This document shows positions 20,966 through 32,084 of a stretch of DNA of 38,685 nucleotides, in pieces. Source of the stretch: Octopus bimaculoides (Eukaryota). The position numbers and the translations under genes are program-made. The notes below the pieces were generated by a model. It saw nothing but the letters and a program-made list of their open reading frames with translations, made no database searches and was not told the origin of the DNA. The number at the start of each line of letters is the position of its first letter. Position 1 is the stretch's first letter. The stretch covers positions 72,235,616 to 72,274,300 of the forward strand of contig NC_068991.1 in assembly GCF_001194135.2 (NCBI RefSeq). The letters run 5' to 3'.

Positions 20966-21625
20966 ATTTCTTCATGCGAAGAGAAAAATGCGCACATTTT
21001 TTTTTTACCTATTCGTTTACTACATGTTGTTGTACAGCTACTACACTATTAAAAATTTTTTTTTTTTTTACTCGGGTCAAACACCGGAGTTTAAAGGTCA
21101 AGATCTGACGATGTGAATTTTCCGAGTCCTCTCGCCCCGTTCGCGAGCGCATATTTTTTCTTTCATATTTGTTTAGAGCAAGTTATTTTACACCTATTAC
21201 ACTGTTTTTGTTTTTGGCTGTGGTGTATTTCACAGTATTCCCTGACTTCTGGAAACCAGATACGAGGTCCGGTACTGTATAGTTGTCTTAACTTTTCTAA
21301 GCACCCTGGTTCTACGAGAAGCGAAATTCTTACAACTAAACCGTAGACTACGTTCAATGAGAATTTAGTTCTTCGATCTGTTAGAAATAGCAAAATCTCA
21401 CTCCATTCACAGCTTACTGTTCCAAAGTAAATATAAGAACAAGAAAGAAAAAAAAACGAAGAATATTTTGGATGTCATAGGCTGAGAGGAAATATGGCAT
21501 AAATGACGGGATGGTTACGGATGGTTCACTCAACCACAGCTGATGGAATGCGAAACAATAACAAAAGGGGAAGCTACTGCGTCTTCTCAACCTTCTCTGG
21601 CCGGTTGCAACAATAACGATAGTAT

Positions 21626-21664
<39 letters not shown>

Positions 21665-21795
21665 CGTGTGTGTGATCATCGTCATCATTATTTAACGCCC
21701 GTTGTCCATGCTGGCATGGGTTGGACGTTTGACCAGGACTGTCTGATTTATTACATCGGGTGCATCTTATATCTGTAAGTGTGTGTGTGTGTATG

Positions 21796-21855
<60 letters not shown>

Positions 21856-21917
21856 TATATACACTAGACAATTATTATCATTATTATTATTATTACCACT
21901 ACGCCATATACCTACAG

Positions 21918-21993
21918 CCATATGGCTTAGTGGTTTAGAGTGCGGGCTACTAAACCCAAGATTCCGAGTTCGATTCCAAGCAGTGACCTGAAC

Positions 21994-22028
<35 letters not shown>

Positions 22029-22090
22029 CAACATCGAAAAATACCTTAGGAATGAGAACCCAGGTTCGAAATTTCCCCAAACAAGATTGA
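21918..22090 (+). mobile_element. tRNA-headed SINE family C, copy lacking the hammerhead
   Basis: ATATGGCTTAGTGGTTTAGAGTGCGGGCTACTAAACCCAAGATTCCGAGTTCGATTCC, then (AAT)n, then AACATCGAAAAATACCTTAGGAATGAGAACCCAGGTTCGAAATTTCCCCAA. Confidence 0.8.
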
Positions 22091-22784
22091 GCACTCTGAG
22101 GAGTAAAACAATAATAATGGTAATTGTTTCTAATTTTGGCCCAAATTCAGTAATTTTAGAAGTGGGTTAATCAATTACATTGATTCCAGTACTTGGCTAT
22201 TACTTTATTTTATTGGCCCCAAAGGGATGACGGGCAAAGTTGACTTCAACAAGATTTGAACCCAGGACAAAACGAACCAAAACAACTACTTCAAGGCCTT
22301 TTGTCTGACTCTACAACAGTTTTGCCGACTGACGTGGATGACACTGCTGCTGTCATCACCGCTGCTGCCACTGTTGATTCCAGGGCAAACAGCATATAAG
22401 GAACAAAATAGATGTTCATGGAAAGAATGCCTTTGATTTTATATCTGTTTGGTCAGGGCGGGGGTAACTGACCTTGGGCTAAACAACAACAACAACATAA
22501 ATAATACATTTCAGAATTTCGTATTTTTGAAAATATTGAATAGCAATAACATTCCAAATGATGAAAGCGACGAAATGATTGAAACAAGTTTTAAAATAGT
22601 TTATTTCTGAAAACAATTGAGGCATCCTTTGTCTCAATGATTAATTGTATGGCATTCTTTCAGACTGATCACAATACCGTAACAAGTGGCGTATGGGAAA
22701 AAAAAAAAAAAAGAAAATTCTTGGAAGGCAGCTTGAGTATGCGGTTAGTTAAGGTGTTTCAGACAACCATGTGGTTTTAGATTT

Positions 22785-22971
22785 GTAGTAACGCTGTGCG
22801 CATGCGTAGTCTCACGCATGCGTGGAATTCAACAACCAAGCTTTCCCGCTTCATTCTGCCTCTTTCTTGCTGGCCAGCGATTGAGCAAGGAAGTGTTTAG
22901 CTGTCTCTCTCCATCTTTATCTCTTGTTTGTTGAGACGTCTTCTGTGTGTGTGAGCATGGTTGTTGGGATG
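22785..22971 (+). promoter_or_regulatory. NRF1-like double motif; promoter or LTR start
   Basis: TGCGCATGCG 22797-22806, ACGCATGCGT 22814-22823 and GGAAGTG downstream. The segment starts TGTAGT and runs into a gap. Confidence 0.3.
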
Positions 22972-23892
22972 NNNNNNNNNNNNNNNNNNNNNNNNNNNNN
23001 NNNNNNNNNNNNNNNNNNNNNNNNNNNNNNNNNNNNNNNNNNNNNNNNNNNNNNNNNNNNNNNNNNNNNNNNNNNNNNNNNNNNNNNNNNNNNNNNNNNN
23101 NNNNNNNNNNNNNNNNNNNNNNNNNNNNNNNNNNNNNNNNNNNNNNNNNNNNNNNNNNNNNNNNNNNNNNNNNNNNNNNNNNNNNNNNNNNNNNNNNNNN
23201 NNNNNNNNNNNNNNNNNNNNNNNNNNNNNNNNNNNNNNNNNNNNNNNNNNNNNNNNNNNNNNNNNNNNNNNNNNNNNNNNNNNNNNNNNNNNNNNNNNNN
23301 NNNNNNNNNNNNNNNNNNNNNNNNNNNNNNNNNNNNNNNNNNNNNNNNNNNNNNNNNNNNNNNNNNNNNNNNNNNNNNNNNNNNNNNNNNNNNNNNNNNN
23401 NNNNNNNNNNNNNNNNNNNNNNNNNNNNNNNNNNNNNNNNNNNNNNNNNNNNNNNNNNNNNNNNNNNNNNNNNNNNNNNNNNNNNNNNNNNNNNNNNNNN
23501 NNNNNNNNNNNNNNNNNNNNNNNNNNNNNNNNNNNNNNNNNNNNNNNNNNNNNNNNNNNNNNNNNNNNNNNNNNNNNNNNNNNNNNNNNNNNNNNNNNNN
23601 NNNNNNNNNNNNNNNNNNNNNNNNNNNNNNNNNNNNNNNNNNNNNNNNNNNNNNNNNNNNNNNNNNNNNNNNNNNNNNNNNNNNNNNNNNNNNNNNNNNN
23701 NNNNNNNNNNNNNNNNNNNNNNNNNNNNNNNNNNNNNNNNNNNNNNNNNNNNNNNNNNNNNNNNNNNNNNNNNNNNNNNNNNNNNNNNNNNNNNNNNNNN
23801 NNNNNNNNNNNNNNNNNNNNNNNNNNNNNNNNNNNNNNNNNNNNNNNNNNNNNNNNNNNNNNNNNNNNNNNNNNNNNNNNNNNNTATATATA

Positions 23893-24297
23893 CAGGGTGT
23901 GATTTGCAAATTGTCGCTATTTTATATTTTTGATTTTGTGTATGTGCATTGTTTGTTTTTGATTTTGTTGACTACACAGTATAGTAGGGTCAGTTGGGCA
24001 TTGCACCATGACGCAATTCACCCAGCCAGAAATTTGGAAACAACATGCTGTACTGCTTGCCATTTGCACTGGAAGCTCCAGTATGGACAGATGGTGAACA
24101 CACAGAACAACCGTTGCCTTGCCATGTCCCCAAAACATGTACTGAGAGTGATAAAAATCAAACATCCAGTCAGCATCATGGTGTTTGGAGTGATCACTAG
24201 TGATGGTGATGTTATGCCTCCATTCATCTTCCCACATGGCCTCAGACTCAACACAGAGGCCTACATCAAATGTCTAGAGGAGGTAGTCTGCTCTGGG
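23893..24297 (+). mobile_element. Internally deleted Tc1/mariner-superfamily (maT-like) transposon
   Basis: TA|CAGGGTG terminus. ATG at 24008 (MTQFTQPEIWKQHAVLL) is joined to QMVNTQNNRCLA...HPVSIMVFGVITSDGDVMPPFIFPHGLRLNTEAYIKCLEEVV. Confidence 0.8.
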
Positions 24298-24405
24298 TAA
24301 AGGCAAAGTTGACTTTGGCAGAATTTGAACTCAGAATGTAAAGGCAGACAACATGCCGCTAAACATTTTGCCTGGCATACCAATGATTCTGCCAGCTTAC
24401 TGCTT
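24298..24405 (-). mobile_element. Family A SINE 5' fragment
   Basis: AAAGGCAAAGTTGACTTTGGCAGAATTTGAACTCAGAA...TTCTGCCAGCT. Confidence 0.75.
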
Positions 24406-24426
24406 TTGAGATGTCAGTAATATTCA

Positions 24427-24610
24427 ATGAATGGTAGCATTATAGAGACACAAGATATTCTCAGGTGTAAGAAATTTGTAAGCATGGAAACAAGATCCAG
24501 CTGTCTTGGCAGCTGTTATGGCAATAGACTGAACATAATTAATTCCAAGAGAGATTTTTGGTCAAAGTTAGTCACTCATTTAACAACATCTCCATTAATA
24601 GATCCAAAAT
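24427..24610 (-). mobile_element. L2/CR1-group LINE RT C-terminal relic
   Basis: LTKNLSW..YVQSIAITAAKTAGSCFHAYKFLTPENILCLYNATI resembles L.W..HI..IA..A..KLG.L.R...F.TP...L.LY.A.IR. Confidence 0.5.
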
Positions 24611-24821
24611 TGCTTATTGAAGTCATAAATAATTATTGATTACAATCATGGAATTAAAATTGCATGACTGTATATTTCTTATCATGGTAAGGGCCATCCA
24701 ACCAGGAGGGATTTAATCAAACCAAAATTTATCTTTTTTTTTTTTCTTCAAGCCAAATTAACATCGACACATTTCTTACTTAATTACAATTTGTAAATCT
24801 CACAACGAGAGATATTCAGCA

Positions 24822-25117
24822 ACAGTACTTTGGAGTAAAGATTGCTTTCCAACATAAAATGGCAGTCCTGATTAGGATGAATGTTGCTGTAATTTAGCCC
24901 TAGGAGACATTGTCTCCAGCTGGCTATACAACATATCTGTGTCCTTACATTTTCGAACAAGGGGCTGCTAGATACCCTTGTTCAAAAATGTAAGGACACA
25001 AATTGTGTCATATATCCAGCTGAAGACGATGTCTCCTGGGACTAAATTACAGCAACATTCGTCCTAACCAGGACTGCCATGTTATGTTGGCAAACAATCT
25101 TTACATTTTCTACTGTT
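24822..25117. mobile_element. ~300-bp foldback (palindromic) MITE
   Basis: Arms ...AACATAAAATGGCAGTCCTG...TTCGAACAAGGG / CCCTTGTTCAAA...CAGGACTGCCATGTTATGTT..., with a loop of about 12 nt. Confidence 0.85.
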
Positions 25118-25655
25118 ACCTTTTCTTTATTCATACAATTCTTTGTTCTCTTGTGAAGAAAACCAATTTTTTTTCTTTCATTTCTCAGATAAATTACGAC
25201 TCATATATCCACTCTATGGTGATAATCCTCCACCATTCCACCCAGCCCCCAAAACATCATTTAATAAGTATACTCTCATCAAGTTATCTCTCCCTGTTCT
25301 GTGTTAGCAAAATTTACTTCCCAGCTGACATTTACCTCTCAAAGAGGAACCCATTTTCATGCACTCCTTCCAAATTAGACAATCAAGTTTCTGTTTAGTT
25401 GCAAGCAGAGGAAAGATTAGCTTTCCCATGTATACCAGTAAATCTGCCATCAAATTCCATTTACCATCCCATCTTTTGGTAAATCTATGTCTTTTAGGTG
25501 TGCTTTTGGTGAACCCATTTTTTTATATTCTTTCTTGATAATGTGTTACATTTCTTTAGTACTTCCTTTTCGTGTCGCCTCTTTCCATTTGTATTTTTTA
25601 ATTCCTGCCATACTGTTAGCAAAGTGATGATGATGATGATGATGATGATGACGAC

Positions 25656-25689
<34 letters not shown>

Positions 25690-25789
25690 CTGTCTAACTA
25701 AGGCTCAAGGTCAGTAATTTTCATCAGAAGGCATTAGTTACTATCATCAACCTCAGTACATGACTGGTACATTATTTTATTGATCCCTG

Positions 25790-25932
25790 GGATTCAGGCA
25801 CAGTGAGCTAAACGATCTTTCCCTTGTGGGATAAATTAACAGAACAAAATAGTTGGACAAAGTCCAACTATTTCATTCTGTGAGTTTATCTCACAAGGGA
25901 AAGACCGTTTAGCTTACTGTGCCCAAATCCTG
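25790..25932. mobile_element. ~143-bp foldback MITE
   Basis: GGCACAGTGAGCTAAACG...AAATAGTTGGAC AAA GTCCAACTATTT...CGTTTAGCTTACTGTGCC; right end CCTG|TA. Confidence 0.8.
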
Positions 25933-26022
25933 TAAATATCATGCAGCTAGTGTTTTTAGTGGCTTTCTGAGTTAAATCTTGACTCTCATTTCTAGCAAGC
26001 ACCAGTGCTATTTTGCACCCTC

Positions 26023-26077
<55 letters not shown>

Positions 26078-26088
26078 TACATACATAT

Positions 26089-26549
26089 AATTGAAAAAAT
26101 TGGAGTCAACAAGCAGGAGTACGGTTGGCTATTTATTTTCTAGTCACTACAATTGTTTCTACACAACATAGTTCTCTCCAGGCATGTAGGTACTTGATTA
26201 TGCAACTGTTTCCTTGCATTATGAAATCTAACTGTGTTTCTTCAGGCAATATGTAAACATTGTCTCTGTAAGTTCAAAACCTCGGCTTCAAGAACATCTT
26301 TGTCTGTGGTGGCCTGACTTTAGTAGTTGCCACTGAGCATATCAGGGTGTGTTGTGGCTAAAGATCTATTGCCAAACCACTTTCGATGTGTAGATGTAGT
26401 GGGATGGTGATTCTGTCACTGTTAAAGTGGTTGCTATTTTAAAAGGATTGACATTTGATTGGCATTCTACATTGCATGGAAACAATTGTAGTGATTAAAA
26501 AATTAATGTTCAACCGTATTCCTTCTTGTTGACTCCAGTCTTTTCAATT
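26089..26549. mobile_element. MITE with ~70-bp TIRs
   Basis: AATTGAAAA..TGGAGTCAACAAG...TCACTACAATTGTTTC / GAAACAATTGTAGTGA...CTTGTTGACTCCA..TTTTCAATT. Confidence 0.8.
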
Positions 26550-26691
26550 TTCTATTTACACATGACAGATGCCCAAACACAAACCTGGAAGTACACATAA
26601 TACTACCACTGGACAGCACAGAGTAAATCTGAAGGTGGACAAGCTTTATACTGTACTCTACTGCATTCTTAACAGAATATACCATAACTAT

Positions 26692-26730
<39 letters not shown>

Positions 26731-27234
26731 NNNNNNNNNNNNNNNNNNNNNNNNNNNNNNNNNNNNNNNNNNNNNNNNNNNNNNNNNNNNNNNNNNNNNN
26801 NNNNNNNNNNNNNNNNNNNNNNNNNNNNNNNNNNNNNNNNNNNNNNNNNNNNNNNNNNNNNNNNNNNNNNNNNNNNNNNNNNNNNNNNNNNNNNNNNNNN
26901 NNNNNNNNNNNNNNNNNNNNNNNNNNNNNNNNNNNNNNNNNNNNNNNNNNNNNNNNNNNNNNNNNNNNNNNNNNNNNNNNNNNNNNNNNNNNNNNNNNNN
27001 NNNNNNNNNNNNNNNNNNNNNNNNNNNNNNNNNNNNNNNNNNNNNNNNNNNNNNNNNNNNNNNNNNNNNNNNNNNNNNNNNNNNNNNNNNNNNNNNNNNN
27101 NNNNNNNNNNNNNNNNNNNNNNNNNNNNNNNNNNNNNNNNNNNNNNNNNNNNNNNNNNNNNNNNNNNNNNNNNNNNNNNNNNNNNNNNNNNNNNNNNNNN
27201 NNNNNNNNNNNNNNNNNNNNNNNNNNNNNNNNNN

Positions 27235-27301
<67 letters not shown>

Positions 27302-27653
27302 TATATATATGTATGTATGTATGTATATATATGCATGGATGTATATTGGCAGTGGATAGCAGAATTGGTGTATTGAGCAAACATATCTTGTGATATTTTG
27401 CTTAGTCTCAATTACTATATTTTACACATGATTGACTAAGCTTTCTGCTCTAATGACCACAATATAAATAAGTATCAGACAAAGTACTAGGGTGAATATA
27501 ATTGATGAAAGCTGATACTCCAGTATGGCCACAGTTCAATGGTTGAAACCAATAAAAGAATAAAACAATGCATGTGTGTATATATTTATATATATACATA
27601 TATATATATATACATACGCACATATACACACATAAGAGAATATGAGTAGGAAC

Positions 27654-27752
27654 TGCCTCACTACTCAAAAATAACAATGGGGAAATGCCTCAATACTCAA
27701 AAGTAACACCGGGAGATAATCCCCGTTGTTACCTTTGAGTAGCGAGGCATTT
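27654..27752. repeat. 32-bp direct repeat plus an inverted copy forming a 70-nt hairpin
   Basis: TGCCTCA at 27654 and 27686; hairpin at 27683-27752. Confidence 0.75.
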
Positions 27753-27889
27753 CTTCAACCGTACTCTTAAGAGGCCTTGGGCCAACAGGTTTTGGGGCCT
27801 GATGATACATCATAAACTGAAACCCTTTATGAATGGGGAGCCTAAAATAATCCCATAAACCAGCTTTCCCCATTTTATATATATATATG

Positions 27890-28050
27890 TTATGGGATTA
27901 CTCACAAGTTCTGTCCCTCAAATTCACTCACAAGAATTGGTAGGTCTAGGACAACAGTGGAAAACACTTACCCAAGGTGCTGTGTACTGGGATTGAACAT
28001 GAAACCACATGGCTGCAAAGCAAGCTTCTTAACCACACATCCAATGCCTG
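27890..28050 (-). mobile_element. Family B SINE 5' part
   Basis: ACTCACAAGAATTGG...CACTTACCCAAGGTGC...GAAACCACATGG...AACCACACA. Confidence 0.7.
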
Positions 28051-28187
28051 TACCTTTTAACAAATTGAAATAATAACAGTATTTCGTAAACCTGTGTAAC
28101 ATACCTTAAAATAACAGCAGAGCAAATGTAGCTGACATGCACTGGCTGCCTTTGCAAGAGCTGATGAACAGTAAACAATCAGCTGGT

Positions 28188-28253
28188 GGTGTCCCCTGGT
28201 GTCCCCTGGCGTTCCCTTGGTGTCCCCTGGCGTTCCCTTAGTGTCCCCTGGTG
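28188..28253. repeat. GC-rich minisatellite (10/11-bp alternating units)
   Basis: GGTGTCCCCT / GGCGTTCCCTT repeats. Confidence 0.9.
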
Positions 28254-28464
28254 TGTTATGTTTACATTGTCTCATTAGAGAACTCTTTTAGGATGAGTGT
28301 AGAATAGCAGTATGTAAGTACTCAGTGCTCTGATAAGGCAAATGGCCCAGTGGTTGGGCAAGTTGGATCCTAGTCATAAGAGTGTGGGTTCAGTTCTTCA
28401 TCTAAGAAGTATGTTGCTCTGGTAAACTCAGTAAACAAAAATGAACATTAACCCATAACTTCCT

Positions 28465-28605
28465 CAAATTCCGCCAAGGTCGACTTTACCTTTCATCCTT
28501 TCGGAATAGATAAATTAAGTACCAGTTGCATACTGGGGTCGATCTAATCGACTGCCCCCCCCTCCTCCAAAATTTCGGGCCTTGTGCCTAGAGTAGAAAA
28601 GATTA
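28465..28605 (+). mobile_element. Family A SINE, 5'-truncated, tail type 2
   Basis: TCAAATTCCGCCAAGGTCGACTTTACC...CCAAAATTTCGGGCCTTGTGCCTAGAGTAGAAAAGA. Confidence 0.85.
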
Positions 28606-28632
28606 ACCCATAACTTCCAGTAAAGAACAACA

Positions 28633-29232
28633 TTAAACCTTTGTGGGCTTTTTAAAAGTTATGAAACTTTTACATTTTTCATTGAAATGATATTATTTCT
28701 CATGACTTTTATTGTCAATAATTTATGTATGCACATAGAAACCTAGAGTTAAAGATTTCCAGTCATATGGATGTTATAGCAGAAAATATGACCATTGGGG
28801 TCCAACTGGGTCCCACTGGCCTTGTGTGAAATTATTTTTTCTTCTCCTTTTTCAGATATTCTGATGAACTATAAGTCAATTTTCTTCATATTTGTACTGT
28901 ATGAATTGATATACTAAATGATTTTGTTTTATTTTATATTTAGTGCCATATGTATAGTTTATAAAACTATAAAACATGGTGATTTCTTTCAAGAAAGGTT
29001 TTTTTCAGTTAATAAATTATATTTTAATTCTCCTCCATTAAATGCTAATAATTACAAATATATACCTATAAAGTGTTAGATTTCTTGTTCTATATCATGC
29101 ACTCATACATATATACAAGATTAAACAAATATTACTTTATGGACAGTGCAAAAATGCACACAAATAAAAGGGGGTCCCACAGGAGCCCAACAGCCTTTTG
29201 TGTAATTCCAACACCAACCCACGAAGGGTTAA
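28633..29232. mobile_element. piggyBac-type MITE (TTAA-flanked)
   Basis: TTAA|ACCTTTGTGGG ... CCCACGAAGGG|TTAA, with internal repeated GGGGTCC(C/A)AC motifs near 28797 and 29170. Confidence 0.55.
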
Positions 29233-29991
29233 TCATCCAGGTTTGAACTATCACAAAATTTGTACCAATTTGGTTTACTTTCATTATGAGGAAAGCCTAA
29301 GAACACAATATGCTTCTCTGACCAAAAATTGATCCTACCCACTTAAAACCAGTTATTCTGAAAAATCCACCAATCAGCTATTACACTCGTCTCACAAGTG
29401 TAATAGTTTATTTACTAATCTTTTAGCAAACCAAAAAATTAGTTGTTGATAATAGAAAAGTACTGTCTACTCTTTACTCTTGACTGTTCACCGCTTCACT
29501 TTGCGCTCTGCAGATAAAAACCATCTGTGATTAATTGACTCAGTGTCAGTTTGACTTATAAACAAAATTTGGCTCATGAATATAAACCTTGTAGTTATGG
29601 ATAATTTTAGACATTTAAAGACTGAGTTACTTGGAAAGGCTCAAATTGCCACTCCCCTACAAGTAGCAGTGTTTCATGAGAAAAATTCCAAGACATTGAA
29701 CCAAAGCCAACGTTAACACAAACACCTGTAACCTATGATTGTGAAATATTGCCGAGTAGTCTAACACAACAAATATAGCAATTTAAGCTGACAATTCAAA
29801 TGGAAAATCTGGATTGTGGGGCTGTCTGTACACCCAAGCAACATTATACACCAACATATGTGATATGTATTTTATTAACTGAGAAGCTACAGGAGTGACT
29901 CAACAGTCTGGAGCTTCATGTCATGGAACTTGTCAAATTCAGGATAAGTGCCTTATAACAACAAGCACTCGTGTTGCTTCTCAGCTAATAA

Positions 29992-30470
<479 letters not shown>

Positions 30471-30828
30471 GGGCATTTAGATGCTAGACACATGTGAAAT
30501 TCCACAAAGCACATCATAACTTGTCTAAACAAAGTATTTTTCATTCAAAACACTCAGCAAGGAATTAATAATTAAACTGGCTCAACAACATAGCAACAAC
30601 AACAACAACAATAATGGCAGCAGAAATAGCAACAGCGGTAACAACAATAACAACTACAATACTTTCACATATTGGTGAGATTAATGTGCAGGTATGTACA
30701 CACGCACACACACACAGAGGCATGCACCCAAACACATACACAAAGACACTAATCGTTCCACATACTCACGCTGATCTTACCCACGCAAATATAATTCAGT
30801 TCTATATTTCAGAGATGAGGAACTATGT

Positions 30829-30985
30829 ACATTATTTACATTATTTACATTTGACGGATATTTGTCTTCATCTTGTTTGTTGTTAACACAATGTTTCGGC
30901 TGATATACCCTCTAGCCTTCATCAGGTGTCTTGGGGAAATTTCAAACCTGGGTTCGCATTCTTAAGGTATTTTTCGATGTTATTA
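30829..30985 (-). mobile_element. Family C SINE 3' half containing HHR3
   Basis: Minus strand AACATCGAAAAATACCTTAAGAATGCGAACCCAGGTTTGAAATTTCCCCAA matches 22030-22080 and continues into the hammerhead and GTAAATAAT repeats. Confidence 0.8.
30885..30930 (-). ncRNA. Minimal type-I hammerhead ribozyme motif (HHR3)
   Basis: GACAC-CTGATGA-A-GGCT agagggtatatc AGCC-GAAA-CA-TT-GTGTT. Stem III reads ACAT, one CpG-type change away from the palindrome ACGT. Confidence 0.7.
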
Positions 30986-31716
30986 AGCCCTTTCAAACGG
31001 GTCCACCATACCACCTCTTTCGCTACAGCCACTAGGCATAGGAAAATTGCCTTGCCCTCCCGGTTAAAGGAGGTCGGCGGGTCAATCCTCAGCTGAATCC
31101 ATCTTGAGGATTGNNNNNNNNNNNNNNNNNNNNNNNNNNNNNNNNNNNNNNNNNNNNNNNNNNNNNNNNNNNNNNNNNNNNNNNNNNNNNNNNNNNNNNN
31201 NNNNNNNNNNNNNNNNNNNNNNNNNNNNNNNNNNNNNNNNNNNNNNNNNNNNNNNNNNNNNNNNNNNNNNNNNNNNNNNNNNNNNNNNNNNNNNNNNNNN
31301 NNNNNNNNNNNNNNNNNNNNNNNNNNNNNNNNNNNNNNNNNNNNNNNNNNNNNNNNNNNNNNNNNNNNNNNNNNNNNNNNNNNNNNNNNNNNNNNNNNNN
31401 NNNNNNNNNNNNNNNNNNNNNNNNNNNNNNNNNNNNTGAGAATACACCTGTAGAAAAAAAAGGTAATGTAAAAGGAGAAAGGGCTCTATACCCCTTTCTT
31501 AAACCCGTGGTTTTATGGGTTTTTCCACGTGTAACCTTTTCTTTTTCGAAGCGCCTCCCCCTATTGGGAGTTTTATTTGTTATATCTTTCTCCGTTTTTT
31601 TCCTCTGTTTACACGAATGTTTTTCTACTTTTCGGACAAAACATTTTGTAACATTTGTCCTGTCTTTGTCCTTACATGTTTTTGATTGATATTAGCCCTT
31701 GTGGCCAATAAAACGA
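30986..31716. mobile_element. Unclassified ~730-bp insertion (includes a gap) splitting family C at its (AAT)n tract
   Basis: The SINE halves on both sides match the contiguous copy at 21918. The insert ends AATAAAACGA just before (ATT)n. Confidence 0.55.
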
Positions 31717-31809
31717 ATTAATTATTATTATTATTATTCAGGTCACTGCCTGGAATCGAACTCGGAATCTTGGGGTTAGTAGCCCACGCCCTTAACCACT
31801 ACACCATAT
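31717..31809 (-). mobile_element. Family C SINE tRNA-like head
   Basis: Minus strand ATATGGTGTAGTGGTTAAGGGCGTGGGCTACTAACCCCAAGATTCCGAGTTCGATTCCAGGCAGTGACCTG, then (AAT)n. Confidence 0.85.
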
Positions 31810-32084
31810 ACCTGTCAAATGTAAATAATGCAAATATAATTGTTTGACTGTCTTAAACACAACCTAACCACTGACTTTAAGCAACAGACTGCTTTGGAAA
31901 CCTGTCTTTGTTCAGACATCAGAATACTTTGTTGAAACATAACAATCTAATGTAGGAGAAACTGGAGGATTGTTGAAATAGAATGGTCGAGTGCGAAGGA
32001 ATGGCTGTTTGGTACCTTTTTCATTATGGCTAAGGCACTAAATAACGATCCATTTCTTGTTGAAGAATTTTGTTATTCATTTAT

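Larger units (their letters stand above)
18167..21277. mobile_element. Candidate TIR-bounded composite element (TA-flanked)
   Basis: TATA-CAGTACCGGACC at 18163-18178 and GGTCCGGTACTG-TATA at 21266-21281 are a 16/16 inverted match, with further similarity inward. Confidence 0.4.

Noticed and set aside
24427-24639. 70-aa plus-strand ORF
   Set aside because: Antisense of a LINE RT relic.
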